Origin: Podarcis filfolensis
Lineage: Eukaryota
Direction: 5' to 3' (one strand)
NCBI GenBank assembly: GCA_964270895.1
Contig: OZ185437.1
DNA length: 64,000 nucleotides
In this document: positions 27,302-41,335 of the stretch, in pieces
How the letters are laid out: each line of letters opens with the position of its first letter
Numbering within the stretch: the stretch's first letter is position 1
Made by a program: the position numbers and the translations under genes
The notes under the pieces: generated by a model
What the model was told of the DNA's origin: nothing
The model's database searches: none
What the model saw: only the letters and a program-made list of their open reading frames with translations

Positions 27302-28274
27302 ATTTAATAAATAGAACTTTGGCATTCAAAATTCTAGCTGTAAACTCTACTAAAAAAAAAAAGTTACAAAAAGAGGCAAGAATGACAGGCCTGAAGACAT
27401 GAGCCAACCAGTGGCTCTTTAAAAATAAAATAAAAACAACAACACTGGATGCATTTCGATTTAAGTCATGACAACTCTATTTACACGAGGTATTCTGAGT
27501 GGTTCAAAAACTGAACCCAATTTTGAAAAACTACCAGTCTTGGGAGACTGATCCAGTACATATCTGCTGTGCTTTTAAAGATAGCCCCTTTTCCCTTGCC
27601 TTCTCCACTGATTATCAATGATGTACTATACCTAATATATACAAAATTAATACATTCTGTTTAATGTTCTTCATATACAGAAAAGCTGGAAAATAAAGAT
27701 CAGACTGCTTTCTCAAATATTGACCCACAGCTTTTAGAAAATATTTCTATTTATGAAAGTTATTTTTCACAAGCCTACAAGCTAAAAAATAATACTAATA
27801 AGCAGAGGAAACAAAGTGCAACAACTTGATACTCTCATAACTTTAAAAAATAAGATTATTATTAAGCCATCAGCTAAAATAAAAGGCACAAAGGTACACA
27901 GAAGTGGAATTAATAGAACTATTGAATAAGCTATTGGTGTGTTCGATTTGCTGACTCCCCTTTTTTTAAGTATCCACTGGCTTTTTCTAAAGTAGTAACC
28001 TTACCTTCCACTTTGGATGAAATGGCATCCACATCCAGAATATTGTGTAAAATCTCTTTCATGCAGAGAGATATACCAAATATACAAGCGGATTTACAGA
28101 GGCATTATTGAATGACAAATTTGGTTTTCTGTAATTGAGTGAATTTAGCCCCAGCTTAGGTTTCAGGCAAATGAAAATGGATACTTTGCCTTGCATTTCT
28201 TCTCTCTCATTCCAGAATCTGGCGATAAATAATTCCTCTCCATTTCCCCCACAAAAGTGAAAACCAAAAATAAT

Positions 28275-28296
28275 GAGAGAGAGAGAGAGAGAGAGA
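28275..28296. repeat. (GA)11 microsatellite in the presumed CEP85L 3' UTR
   Basis: Counted directly. Confidence 0.95.
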
Positions 28297-31200
28297 AACT
28301 TTGGTTCATATAGCTAATTTTGTTGTTATGTTTTTAAAAGAAATCTCCAGAGTTGGTGTCTGTGGCAACCTAATTAACTGAAATTCAGATCTGCTGTGCT
28401 TCTAAATCTACACACCTAAAGCTGAAGGTTTAATACCTAATCCTAAACACATTTAATTAGGTAATCTTGGTGATTTGGGGCTTACTTTTACGGCTTACTT
28501 CCAAGTGTGCATAGGATCATAGACAAGCGGCCTAACTGGACTTTAAAGTCAAGTTTACATAGCCATTTTGAACTGACCTAAATATGACGGTACAAATTTT
28601 ATATGGCATATAAATAATAGCATTAGTTATATCCAAAAACAATTTTCCAAGTTCCTTTTTGAAATACATTCTTGAATTACAGTAGTTACTACAAAATGCC
28701 ATCTACACAATTATAGAAATACAACCTGAAATATGAAAATTGCTTGTACATTTCTTTTCATGTTTTGTAATAGATAAAACTGCAGCTTTCATTCATTCAT
28801 AATATATTTTTCAGCCCTTGGGATTGTCTCTCATATCTGTGGCAAAAGGTTGTCATGACTAAATCAGCCTACTCAGTAATGCCATTGTTAACCACTTCTC
28901 TTAAAAGCTAGTATTAGCTTCACATAAAATACGTTGAACGGGACCATAGATAACTATTTTTTGCTGAAAATACCCATGCATATCTTACCTATTTTTTTAA
29001 AATGGCATTGTAAACCGATGGGCTCTTTAGCTACTTAATCAGCAGGCCTTGCATTATAACATTAGTTCAAATAATATAATACTGTGTCCTTATGGCTCAC
29101 ATAAATTTTGCCCATGGCATTTCGGTCTTTGGCTACCACCTCCTTTCATTCTTTAACCATGACTGAGACAAGAGAAGCCTGTCACCAGTAAGTGGAAGCT
29201 TCCTTCCAAATGCAGGTTTCCTTCTAGATTCTAGCAATTGTGTGTGGCTACTGTTTATGGTATCACCACATCCAGTGCTAAAAGATGAGCTCATGTCAGC
29301 AAAACAAGATCATCTTTGGATGCGCTGGGTATGTTCAGAAAAGGTGGTTGAATAGCTGAACTGCAAATGCTAGTAGTCACACTCCCTTGCACTGTGCATT
29401 TGATAGTAGCATGAAAGGGGCCTATTTGTTTACAACTGAAAACTGTGAAGGCCTTCAGGAGAGGAGGAACCATGGCCAGCAAGTACATGTGCTGCTCCCC
29501 TTCACACTCCTGCCCAAGCATGCAGCTGCTGAGGGGGTTGTGGCCAGTGACATGATCCTGCTACCCTCATGCTTTCACTGAACATGTGGCGAAGTCTCAA
29601 AAGGACTCTGGAAGAATGCCAAAAGTTGCTGCGGAACATGGGCTTTATTCTTAGAAAACTGCTGAGCAAATGTTGAGCTTGTACCTACGTACAAATTAAG
29701 ATGCAGTAATTTCTTCCATTACTCAATTACTTAATTATTCCCCTTTATGAGGTTTTTAAAATAGTAACTCCACTTCAGCATATTTAGAGAATATTCTTGT
29801 TGTTCAGCTTTCCATTTCCAAAGAAGAAGAATATCAGTCTTTTTTAAAAAAAGCCAAGGGCTCTAAAAATTGCTTATGCAAACAAGCTTTTAAAAAACAC
29901 ACTGCTATTTCAATGCTTCATTTAAATGAATTGGGAGGGGACGACATTAACTGAAATAAATAAGTTTATAGGCAACAAACAAGGAGGTCAAATAAGTACT
30001 AGAGCAAGGCTAAGAAAATACTGAGTGTCAGAAAGAATGTTGCGCAGAAAAACTCCCTCCTCTATTTTGGTGATTTTCAATGGGTGCTGCATAACAAGGC
30101 GGAAATGTTTGCCTATTCAAGTGAGGGCAGGAATCATGCTTTTCACTCCGATTTGGCTTCATGATGGCATAGTGTGGCCACATTTAACTGGCTGTGTGAT
30201 TACTTGGTATTATCATACTGCCTATGTGAACCCTGACTGACTGATTATCTCAAAAAGAGCCCCATGTCTCTTTTTTTAAAAAGGACACCAAGGCTGCAGT
30301 CCAAGGAAATAAGAAAGTGTAAGTAGTATGCAAAAGATAAAATAATATGAAGTCAGGACAGCTGTGAGCATTCTGTCCCTCAATGCCTAAATTTTTGTGG
30401 CCAAACTTTTGGCAGAGTCTTGTTCCTAAGTGCTTTGCAAAACTTCACTGTCTCTATTCTCAACTGGGTTATCTTCCACAAGTAATGAAGGTAATGAGTA
30501 GATGACGGTAAGGACTTAATTTATATGAAGTTTATATTGCCTAATTTACAACCAATGTAAAAATTAAACAACTTCTTCAATTTCTTTGTCCCAAAACTAT
30601 ACTGTTTACGGACAATGGGAGGAATTCAATGTCGTGGTAAGGTGATTGTTCTGTCAGGGCAAGCGTTTCCATCAGATAGAACAATTTGCCTCTCCTACCA
30701 CCACACTCTGGGTTTCTCCCAACCCCTAGAGCCTGTTTTGGGAGGCACACAGGGGGAGGAATGAGGGGGAGTCCTGTTGCACAAGCAGAAGACCTTGCAC
30801 AGGGTTTTTGCTGACAGACTTGATTAGTTGATTCCTGCACATTAGTTCTATTTTAAGTCTCTTAAATATTTTTTCGTGGTCTATGGTGATGCTGCAGTGT
30901 CAAATTTATGGCAAAGTTCTGTTTATAAAACAGAAGATGCAACAGGGAAAAAATACTTTTAACCATCAAGTCATCTTTAAGACATCTCTACAGCATAGCA
31001 CGTTGAGTCAGTGTCTTATCACACTTTCAGTTGCTTCCTGGCGTGAAAGTAAATTGATTAGAATTATTTTTCACCATTCATGCCCTCATCTGCATAGAAA
31101 CAAACAAAGCAATTCTTAACTTGAGTACAATACCACCTAATTAGACCTACTTTCTAATAACTGTAGTGGGGTTTGCAGTTGTTAGTATTTTAAATTCAAG

Positions 31201-32000
31201 CAATTTGTTTTATGTTGTAAGGACGGAGGACTAAGTACTTTCATGCTTACAAAGTTGTTTCAAGATAATACTTACAAATCTCCATTTGAAAACACTGAAC
31301 AGTAGTTAAGATAAATACTAAAATAAATTTCCACAGACAGAAGTCAGGACAGTGTTGATCAAGAAACACCCATTTAAATAAATATAACTCTGGAAAAAAA
31401 TGACCAGAATAGGTTTTTCTTTTTTTGAAATAAGTACTATCATATGCAAATGGTATTTCAACATAAACCAACAATGTAAAATGGAGACATAACATATAAA
31501 ACTGAAAATGGCAACCTTTTCAAAAGAAGCTCTTGCTCACTTTTAGCTATGACAGTTGGCAAGACCAGTCTATAGCTTTCTGCACATCAGGGCCAATTGT
31601 CATAAATAAGCAAAACGTACCTTATTCTCTTTTTTCCTTTCTCTTTCAAAAGGAAGCACTTCGTTGCTTTATATAATTGATTGTCAGAATAAAGTGACAG
31701 CAGGCTTGACTTGGCAGAAAGGATATGTATACTTCAACACAGCAAAATAGAGCAGTCTGGATTACCAAGTGATTTTGGGTACATTGCTTCCTAATTCTAG
31801 AGCACTCCTATTGTAACTATCCACCAGGAACAATGACTTTCAGAACACATGAATTAAACATGTTTCTTTTAGCTTTTAAGCTTCCTGGGTGCTGGAATGA
31901 GCTCCTGGAGAAATTTAAAGTCATTAGGTATTGATTATAAGGATGCAATATTCTCCTGCTCTTTCTGTGTGTGTTAAAAAAACCCTTTCTAGCCTTTATG

Positions 32001-32372
32001 CCGGGGTGGCTAACCTTTTGGGTTGAATGACTGTGTTAACCCTTGGCCAACCCTCTGGGGGTGACCAAAACCACACTCTTGGGCATACACACATGAAGCC
32101 CAGATGTACAGGCACACATGCAGCCCCCCCCACCTCACATGATCCACAAAGATGAACTATTTGGCATCAAGGAGAGGCTAATTTGCATCCCCATCAGTGA
32201 TAGCTAGAAGTGCTGGTTGGAGCCCACTCCAGCGAGGTGACTATTTTAATTTTGGCTTTTTCCACTGCTGCCAAAATTAATGGGGTCCTGAGGGGTCAGA
32301 AAAAAATTGCTTGTGGTGTGTCTGTCCAGGTCAGGTCCCAAGAATGGGGCAGAGGAAGGTTAGCCATCTATG
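32001..32372. mobile_element. Degenerate hAT non-autonomous element in the presumed CEP85L 3' UTR
   Basis: Ends ccggggtggctaacctt / aaggttagccatctatg; GC-richer than its flanks; no TSD. Confidence 0.45.
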
Positions 32373-33143
32373 TATAATGCACCCAGGTCATAAATGAACT
32401 TAATTGACAGCAAAGTTTCCACACTAATATAGTGCAGAAGAGGCTCACAGGATGACAGTTAAATTCTCGGGCCTGAACTTCTTATGGTTTATTGAAAATA
32501 TAGGAGCTTATGTGCTGCTTTGTCTAAAAGGAACACTGATGATCAATGGACATGAATTTCTAAGTAAAATGACCTTTACCAAACTGAGATGGCAAGCATT
32601 GCAAGGTAGGCAGGCTACCTTTGTGTGTGCCTGCCCTCAAACAGTCCTTCTAAGGAGCCTCCATGTCATCATCCAGTTTTAATACCTACACACGGCAGGG
32701 CACTTAAAACTTTCCCCCCCTAGTAAAATTCTCAATACTGATCTTGTACCCTAAAGCTTTGCTGAAGGGGGGAAATGATACAGCAGTAACTGCAGTGCCT
32801 TCTTCTGACACTTAAATCTTTTGACTCCAGAAGACAATATGGATGCTTTTACAGACCATGTCAGAGGAAACAAAATCCAACATTTCCAACAGAAACACAT
32901 TCTTCACAGCTTTGACCTACATTCAGTAGTTTTGAAGAAATCAGATCTCTTGTGCAGCACGTCCCATTCTCTTCAAGTGACGACTGCTTCACCGGCATGA
33001 ACTTACATGCAAACACTTGAAACCCTTTGATCTGGCACACGGAGCGTGTCTTCCAGTATGGCTCCTTAACATAAACACAAGGAACTAAAACCAGAGCAGC
33101 ATTTAATAACTTAAGTCACTGTTGCCGTGAGCCAAACCTTTTA

Positions 33144-33304
33144 TCACTGTGTAATGCAATTTTCTCCCATGTCTTGAGCATAGCAGTCTGATATTATAGT
33201 CCTCAATTCATCAATATCTTTTCGTAACTGACACACCTCTAAGAGTTTCTTTGAGAGAGTTTCTGTGCTGTGGTAATTCTCATCTTCAGATGAGCAGCTC
33301 ATTG
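33144..33304 (-). CDS. CEP85L: CEP85L last coding exon (human exon 13 equivalent)
   Basis: Acceptor tttcag|CA; (S)[52 protein letters not shown] with TGA then TAA; 161 nt. Matches the recalled CEP85L C-terminus. Confidence 0.95.
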
Positions 33305-34921
33305 CTGAAATTATAATAAAAAGACAAAGACAGCTTAGGTAAACACACAGTTCAACACACCAGCCAATGTTTGTTTTGGTACATTGAAAAGAAAGTATGA
33401 AAATGTGGCACTTTCCCTTCCACAAATGTGGAAGAAAATGGTTTTTTTTAATACTGGTTTCTTGCCAACAATGCAACAAGAATGGAAACATTCAGAAAGT
33501 GATTTTGGTTAATATCCCCCCCCCCCCGAATTAACAATGCTGCTGCTCTAAATGTGAAGTTTCCCACTTCAGGACAAGGTTTACTCTACTTCAGATGTGG
33601 GGCAGAATCAATGTTGCGCCGACAGATGCAAAGGCACCCCCCTTCCTCACAGCCACCCAACCAATCTGCTTGAGAGGGTCCCCCAACCCTCTAGCAGATT
33701 CTTGGTTGTGTGCGTGTAAGGATAATTCCCATTTGCAGAAGCAAGAATCAGTTGTGCAGGTGGGGCACGACACCTGACCACTTAGAGGCCACAGAGAATG
33801 TTATGCACATTGGGTATGCTGTTGAAAAGCTACAAGGGGCTCAAGCAAATAAGAGGATCAGCTTCTGAAAAGCAGTTTTCCATGCACTGTTTTTAGCTCA
33901 CCAATGCAGAACACCAGCATTTAGCCTACACAGTTGCTCTTACAATATCTGTTGCTTTCTTCGAGATGAGCTGCTTTGCATACATCATCATTATTATTAC
34001 ACTGCTGTACAGTTTTTACAAGGGCCGCAAGCTTTAATTGGCATTAGTAGGTGAGGCTATGAGTTAAAGCTCACGTGCATATTTCCGAAGCGATTTTAGC
34101 TCCAGTGTGTTGCAGTGTATAATGGTGAATGGAATAATAATCATGATGTATGAATCTGATTTCTTGAATTGCTGGTGTAAACGGAACTGGACTTTACCTT
34201 ATTTTTGCAGAGCTGTTCACTGTATCCATTGCTAGTCACCACCAACCTTCCTCCATTTTATTTATGTATGTGTTAAATTTATACCTTGCCCTTCCATAAA
34301 AAATGTACAAGGTGGCCAAAAAACCCCCCAACTAATTCACAAACAAATAAACAATATAAAAATCACATAAGAGCAGACAAAAATAACAGCAAGTTTCAAA
34401 TATAACTAATTAGGAATGCAGGCTGAAATACAGAGCAGCAGAGCAAGCCAAACATCTGTGTAAATTAAAAGGGGTTGCCTGTTGGCAGAAGGCCATCAAC
34501 AAGTGAGCCAAGCAAGACTAGTACTGAGGCAGAAAATAAGGGCAGGAAGGCGGCTTGTAGGGGAGCTACAAGGAGACAACCATTGTAATATGCCTTCCCA
34601 CAGATTCTGGAAGTACAGAAAAGTCTAATAATTCCTGCATTCTTTTTACCATCCATAAATGTAACCTGTCTTGTTTTATTTTACTGTTACAGTAAGTTCT
34701 AATCTTGAGTAGGTAAGAAGCATTTTTTAAAAAATCTTGTGGTTACTAAATGCTAAACCAGAAGGTTTCTGTTTGGTTGTCAACATTATAACTATAAAGT
34801 ACAAGTCAAACCCCACAAACTTGCTCTTTCTCCCTGGCCAAATTCCTGGATTTTACTTGTACAGATATGTCTTCTCAATGTCAAATGAACGCATCATGTT
34901 ATCTTTGTTCAAATCACTTAC

Positions 34922-35135
34922 ATCTGATTCCCAGCAGTAAGGACAGGTTAGGCTCCTTGCCCTGAGCTCTGTGGGTAAGAATACTGCAAAGTGCTTTCAA
35001 GTCAAATAAACAGTGAGACATTTCCTTGAATAACTGATCAGCCACAGGTAGTTTTTCAGCCACCGGCTGTCTGGACAGCTCCATCTGATGAATCTGTTCC
35101 CTCAAAGATGCATTTTCTTCCATAAATCTTTGGTT
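34922..35135 (-). CDS. CEP85L: CEP85L exon 12 equivalent
   Basis: taag|AAC...AGA T|gtaagt; 214 nt; NQRFMEEN...[40 protein letters not shown] + CA joins in frame to the last exon. Confidence 0.93.
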
Positions 35136-36458
35136 CTTAATTAGGGAGATAGAAAATAAAAAATGCAGACATTTATTCACTGGTTCTGTTTATTAGAAAA
35201 ATTATATAAATAACAGGCATAAGTTATTTCGGAAGCTGTTGTCCATTTTAATGAAAATGAACTCTGTCTTCAGAGCCAGTCTATCTCTGAAAAGGAAATG
35301 GTGTGGGAAAGCAATAAAGAATGCTCATCACCATTAAATTGTGAATGTCTAAAGGCATCTTGAAAATGGCTGTTGGAAACAGAAGACTGGACTTGGAAGA
35401 CTTTTATTTAATCCAGCAAGGCATGTTTACAATATACTTTCTAAGGAATATTCCCAGAAGATTTCTCAATCATGTACACAATTCAATAATGTGTTTTATT
35501 ACCCTAGACAGGGAATGACAAACAATTAACTGCACATGATGAATCTTCCCTCCACCACAAAAAAAAAAACGCATTATGGGGTCAGGATAAGTCTCACAAT
35601 CCCCATGTTTAAATTGATAAGTTGCCTTAGCATTTCATCTTGAAATGTAAGTTTCTAGTATAGGTTCAATTAATATCAAAGTCTTAAGTATACATTCCAA
35701 AAGATCAAGATGACAATACTTGCTTGCTATAGCATATAAAATATAGAAAAGCCTTCATTAGTTAAACTTCATAAACAACTCATCCTGATCCAAAAAGTGT
35801 GCACAGGGTCATATTTTTAGATGTAGATTTCATTTCTGGATAAAGTCTATTACTGAGATTCAAAGAGAGACACTGGGTACACCCAAAGATTTGACTTATT
35901 AGTGGAATTTCTGACATTCCCTCTCCCCTCCAGCAGCAACACACAATGCTATATCATAAATTGCCCCCCCCCAAGTGAGTTGCCATATAGTCCTGTGATG
36001 TGGGAAACACAACTCCTCTGTGAACAAGCAAGACTATCTGTCCAGCTTTTTGGTTCCTAGCCTAAATGTGTAAAAAGGCTGTTGCTGCTACATGAGCTGC
36101 GAGTCCTTGTATCCTTCATCTTATGGTAAGCAACTGGTGGTCCTTTTCCATCACCAGACTAGTGATCAGTGAGGACAGTGCCAATCACCTGTTAGGACTG
36201 GAATTTGAACACCATATCCAGACACAGTATTTCACCTTCAAGCGACAGATCAGCTGTTTGTGACGATTGTTATACCGAGAATATCACCACTTACCTTGTA
36301 GTGTCCAGAGTTTCTTATCTTTAAGAGAAATTATTGTTTTTCGTATTGTTACGCCTCATCCCTTCTCAGGAATGCAATTTTGTGATGTATTTATAGAATA
36401 GAACAAAATCGTGACATGGTAGACAACTGGCTCAATAGATGTGATCTCAAAAACTTAC

Positions 36459-36566
36459 TTCAAGTAGGGTCTTTTGTAACTGCTGTACACTCTTATCCTT
36501 TTCTTCAAGTTCACTTTTCTGTTTTTGAATTGTCACTTTTCCTTGCAAAAGCTTATCTTGCATAGA
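36459..36566 (-). CDS. CEP85L: CEP85L exon 11 equivalent
   Basis: ctag|TCT...GAA|gtaagt; 108 nt; SMQDKLLQGKVTIQKQKSELEEKDKSVQQLQKTLLE (coiled coil). Not in the ORF track; translated by hand. Confidence 0.9.
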
Positions 36567-37031
36567 CTAGGGTGCAAAAAAAGAGAAAATCACCTTAAAG
36601 CATGTAGTCCAATAAGCAGATAGCTCAAACACTGTCAGTTGCATTTGCTTCTGCTTGTAACTTCAGTCTTCTAGGAGCACTTTAGCCAAATTTATGCTGG
36701 CTATTGTGCTGACCAGTTTCTGGAGCTGGGAAGGTCATTTAGACTAAGGTGTGCAATTTTGGGGCCTTCCCTGCCAAGTCTAAAAATTTGATCTACTGGA
36801 TTCCTGTCCTCTGCTGGCTTCATGGAGGCAGATGCTGATGCATCTATTCAGCAGCAAAAAAAGTCCCCACAACTTTTCTTGTGGGAAAGATGGAGGGGCA
36901 GCATTTCAGCTTCAGCCAATGCTCAATAATGCTGGGGCAGAACCAGCAGTGGCTGCAAAAGTAGCCCTTTGCCTTTACTTCTATGGGATAAAGAGGCTGG
37001 GGATGTAAGGGCTTTAGTGACTGCTCAGGAA

Positions 37032-37211
37032 GGGCTATAGCTCAGTGGTCTTGCATGCAAAAGGCCAAAGGTTTGATCCCCAGCTTCTCTAGGTGGGCTG
37101 GGAATGTCAGAAATGCTGGAGCACTGCTGCCAGTCAGTGTAGATAATATTGAGTTAGATGGACCAATGTTGTGACTTGCACACAATGGTGTGAGGCAGAT
37201 TCCTATGTTCT
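37032..37211 (+). mobile_element. tRNA-derived SINE (Squam3-like)
   Basis: A box TAGCTCAGTGG (37038-37048), B box GGTTTGATCCC (37070-37080), body gctgccagtcagtgtagataatattgagttagatggaccaatg, tail ttcctatgttc. Confidence 0.75.
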
Positions 37212-37262
37212 GTGTACAGCAGTGAGGCTTCTGCTTCTCTTGTGAACCACAGCCAAAGGAAA

Positions 37263-37286
37263 ACACACACACACACACACACACAC
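37263..37286. repeat. (AC)12 microsatellite
   Basis: Counted directly. Confidence 0.95.
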
Positions 37287-37710
37287 CAGTATTTTAAAAC
37301 CAGTTTCCTTCCACAAACTTATTGGATGTACCTAGGCATGTACTTAAATAACCACTAACAAGTGAACTTTAGTGGTGTGCCTAAGCTGAATCATATTACG
37401 CTTGGAGACCTGATTCATCAAAATGCGCATCCCGTAATAAGGATTCAATCTAGCTATATCCCCAAGGTCTGCTAGATACCCAGGAGTTTCACTTAGCCCT
37501 CTACAGTGTTTAGCATAGGGGAATAAGAATGGGAACTGCTTGGCTTCTATGGGTGGGAGTGTTTATCCTGTAACAGTTGTGGGATTTGTCATTAACACTA
37601 CCCTATCAAGGAACCTCTTCGGCTTTACTTATGTAATAGCTACACAAAACATGCCTTCAAACAAATACAGGGAAAGGAAAGAACTGGGTTCAACTAACAC
37701 CTAACTTTTA

Positions 37711-37936
37711 CAGTGGTACCTCGGGTTAAGTACTTAATTCGTTCCGGAGATCCGTTCTTAACGTGAAACTGTTCTTAACCTGAAGCACCACTTTAGCTGA
37801 TGGGGCCTCCTGCTGCCGCTGCACCACCACCGCACAATTTCTGTTCTCATCCTGAAGCAAAGTTCTTAACCTGAGGTACTATTTCTGGGTTAGCGGAGTC
37901 TGTAACCTGAAGCGTCTGTAACCCAAGGTACCACTG
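37711..37936. mobile_element. Tc1/mariner-superfamily (pogo/Tigger-like) MITE
   Basis: TIRs cagtggtacct(c/t)gggtta (18 bp, 1 mismatch), TA at both flanks (37709-37710, 37937-37938), repeated subterminal ttaacctga motifs; 226 bp. Confidence 0.85.
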
Positions 37937-38256
37937 TATGTTATGCATTCTTTTTGCATCTAAATTTACAATTGCCAAATGAGAAACTGAATTATGGGGA
38001 ATGAGAGGTCCCCTCAGTCAAGCACTGGAGATCCAATACCCATAGAGGATCCTTTAGGGCGAGATGGTCGTTCATGGTGGGTCAGCTTTCCACTCCCACC
38101 CTCATTTTTTACTTCTGCAGTGCTCAAAGGAACCAGGGCAGTCTCTGAAATCCCCAAAGGTGTCCAAGTGTGGGCTTAGTTTGCAAAGCCCTCTGGACAA
38201 CTGGCAGGTAAAGGGTTTGTCTGACTAAGAGCACTTCTCCCTCACATTTGCAGCAG

Positions 38257-38258
<2 letters not shown>

Positions 38259-38300
<42 letters not shown>
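38259..38300. repeat. (GT)21 microsatellite
   Basis: Counted directly. Confidence 0.95.
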
Positions 38301-38303
<3 letters not shown>

Positions 38304-40433
38304 GTATCAATCATTTCTTGAAATCCAGGACTGAAAATCTCAGAAGACAAAAGATCCACTCATCTGTCCAAATCATACTTTTTGAGAGGTTCAAATTAGC
38401 TGGAAAAATACCACCAATGAATTTTAAATAGCCTTATTCTGCACTGTGTCTCAAATTATTGTTCAACACAATCTGTTCCAAACTTTCTTCCTTTTTTTAT
38501 TACATATCTTAACCACAAAGTGTCAAATATATGCTAATTTAATCCATGACTAGCAGGATGGAATTCTTTTCAAGTTTAGTTTCCCATTATTTAAAATACA
38601 GCAAAGCTTCACACCATGGGACAGAAATACAGCTACCAATTCTACAGTTCAGTTTCTGGCTTTTAACACTTTCAGATATTGGGGAGGGGTGGGGACACAA
38701 TATTTCCTGGCTGTGAATTAATTGCTTCATAGTCTCTGAGAGCTGAGCAGCAATTAGTTTGGGTCCCAAGAGACTCAAGTCAACCATGGTTAGGATCCCT
38801 GCATGCTGCAGTGCCATGAGCCATGGCTGGAGTAATGCGGATCCCCTGACCTCAACAGCCCTTGGAAAAGGAAAGAGGAACTGATTTGCTTCTAGACCAA
38901 GGTCCCTCTTTCCCCTTAGTCCTTGCTTCTCTTCATGCTGTCCCTCCCTGCCCACAATTTCCTCTCAACGTATCCTGCTTGCTTCTGGTGCTTGTTTGCC
39001 TACCACTGTCAGCTTAGCTATTCAGGTTCTTTCCCACAACCCTGCTCCTCTTCTCATCATTCAGCAAACTGGCCATTTCTTGATATTTATATAACCCACA
39101 AGTAATATAAATAACTTTTAAAAACAGCTAAACATCACTCCTACTTTGCACGAAGTGCTGACTTGATGTTTAGTATACAATTGCTAGGTTTTGAGAAATG
39201 TAGCCATGTAATATAACTGTTCCTACTTTGACAGAAGTTATTTTTTTCTTCTGCTCAACGTGTAGGTTAGTCAACTGCAATATCACATATATCCATGCTT
39301 GTGCTTTGCTGGTTTTATTTGGCTGGAATCTAGAGTGTTCAAATTGTTGTACTCTAGGCATTAATAAAAGTTAAGCTGCAAAGGATGACAAGTTCCAACT
39401 CATTCTCCTCTTGTAAAGCTTTCAAAGGGGATTTACCCTACTTTATGTTATTCTCCATCCAAGCATGCTGTATTATTGTGTGCTGAGGTTTACCCATATA
39501 CTCTGATGACTGCATCCTTAAGCAAAGCCTAGCGTCCATTTCCAGTTGACTGCAATAAATTCCCTCTGAATAAAATTGGAGTTTAGACTTGTGCTATGAT
39601 ATTACTCTGCTACAGGATACCATGTCTTGGGAAAGTATGTTCAGTTTTATGTTTCAGATTAGCAAAAGGCAATGCTTGGGAGGGATTTCACGCGTTACTG
39701 TAACATACAGTGGCATTTTGGGAATATACTTTATGGGACATGCCTTATTAACTACAAGATCAAACTAATTATCTGGCATTTAATAAAGATCTACAATCAT
39801 ACCATAGAATTACGAAGTTCAATCTAAAAGTAAGGTGGAACGTGTACAGAAAACTTATCTATGCGATGTTATGCACGGATAACTTCACATAAATCAGATA
39901 TGTAGGGTTTCCTGGATGAAATGGATCCTTTTTTCATTTGGCTTCAATCTTAATTACAGGATACAGTGTGTCTTGGCTGTTCTACTGGACAACCTGTGTT
40001 GGAAACCAAACAGGAGGAATGCATTCCTTTTGCTTCTGCTGGACATTTCAATCACCTTCAGTACCACTGACCATGGTATGGGCTGCCTGGCTCAGATGGG
40101 TCTTGCTTTGCCATGCTCTAATCCTTTTGGCAGGAGAATTTCTTAGGACAGTACTAACAGACTTCTGTTTTGCATCTTGAACATTAGCCTATTGTGTCCA
40201 CAAGGGGATCCATCTTCCACTATGCTGATCAACATCCATATGAAACCGCTGGGAGACAAGATTTTGGGATTTGGACTTCAGTATCATCAATACGTTGATG
40301 ACATCTTACTCTTTCCAACTGACTCCAAGAAGACTGTTGAAGTACTGTTCCTACTAATGAAGCAACTCCAACCTGAGTCACACAGGTACATTTTTTTTAG
40401 AACAACCAGCTGAACGTTTAAATTGGTCTCATA

Positions 40434-40907
40434 CAGGGCTGGGCAATATATCACAAGGCAAACATCACAGTCTGGTGATACACTGTGATGTTGAAACAAC
40501 AAGCTGCATTGGCCCCAGCCCCGCAAGGCAGTTTCACCCTAGTGGGCTGGGGGATGGCACAGCTTGTTCCCAGCTTGTGCATGAGGTATTGGGGTTCCTC
40601 AACTGAGGGGGGACAGGAGCAGTTTAGCAGAGCCCCCACGCCAGCTCTGCTAAACTGTTTTGCTAAGGAGTGCAAACCCATGCCTCAGCAGAGCAGTTTA
40701 AAGAAGCCAAGAAATGAACAAGTTGTATCAGCTGTTGATGCAGCTTGCTCCTCCCTCTGCAGTATGAGGGGTAGAGTGTGATGGTGGTACCTGGCAGCAG
40801 AGGGACTCAGGAGCAGTGGCAGTTTCACCTGCGATATACTGCCAGATAAAGCTGCCATCGTGCTCTGCCCCTCTTACCAGTCCTGGGTGATATGTCATCC
40901 AGGCCTA
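40434..40907 (+). mobile_element. Non-autonomous hAT-like element, copy A (CAGGG/TAGGG ends)
   Basis: Ends cagggctgggcaatatat / gatatgtcatccaggccta; flanks gtctcata / gtctcctg (6 of 8). Orientation is relative to copy B. Confidence 0.6.
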
Positions 40908-41335
40908 GTCTCCTGTCAGTGTGCATGTTTCAGCTGTGCAAAGGAGCCATTTTCACAATAAATTCAACCTGAGATTATTTCCAGATGAGTTGAACCTCTG
41001 AAATAATCCAAAGAAATGACACCCAAACAATTGTTCAAGGAAATTTAGTGTTTGTGTAATTTCTGAATAAATCTTTTACTGTTTTGGGACATGGTCAATC
41101 ACCAGACAGCTTCTCTACGTTGGTTTTTTCTTATCAATTTTAAAAGTAATATTTCTAACATTCCTTGTTGCATTTTATAATGCTTCCATTAAACAGTTTG
41201 TAGATTATTAATTAAAGACCTGCTCACATATGTTATCGTTTGGTTTAAAAAATCACTTGTCTCATCAAAACTTGATCATACTAATATATTTTGCATGCCT
41301 GCCTGTCTTGTCTGAAGGTTTATCCACACTTTGCC

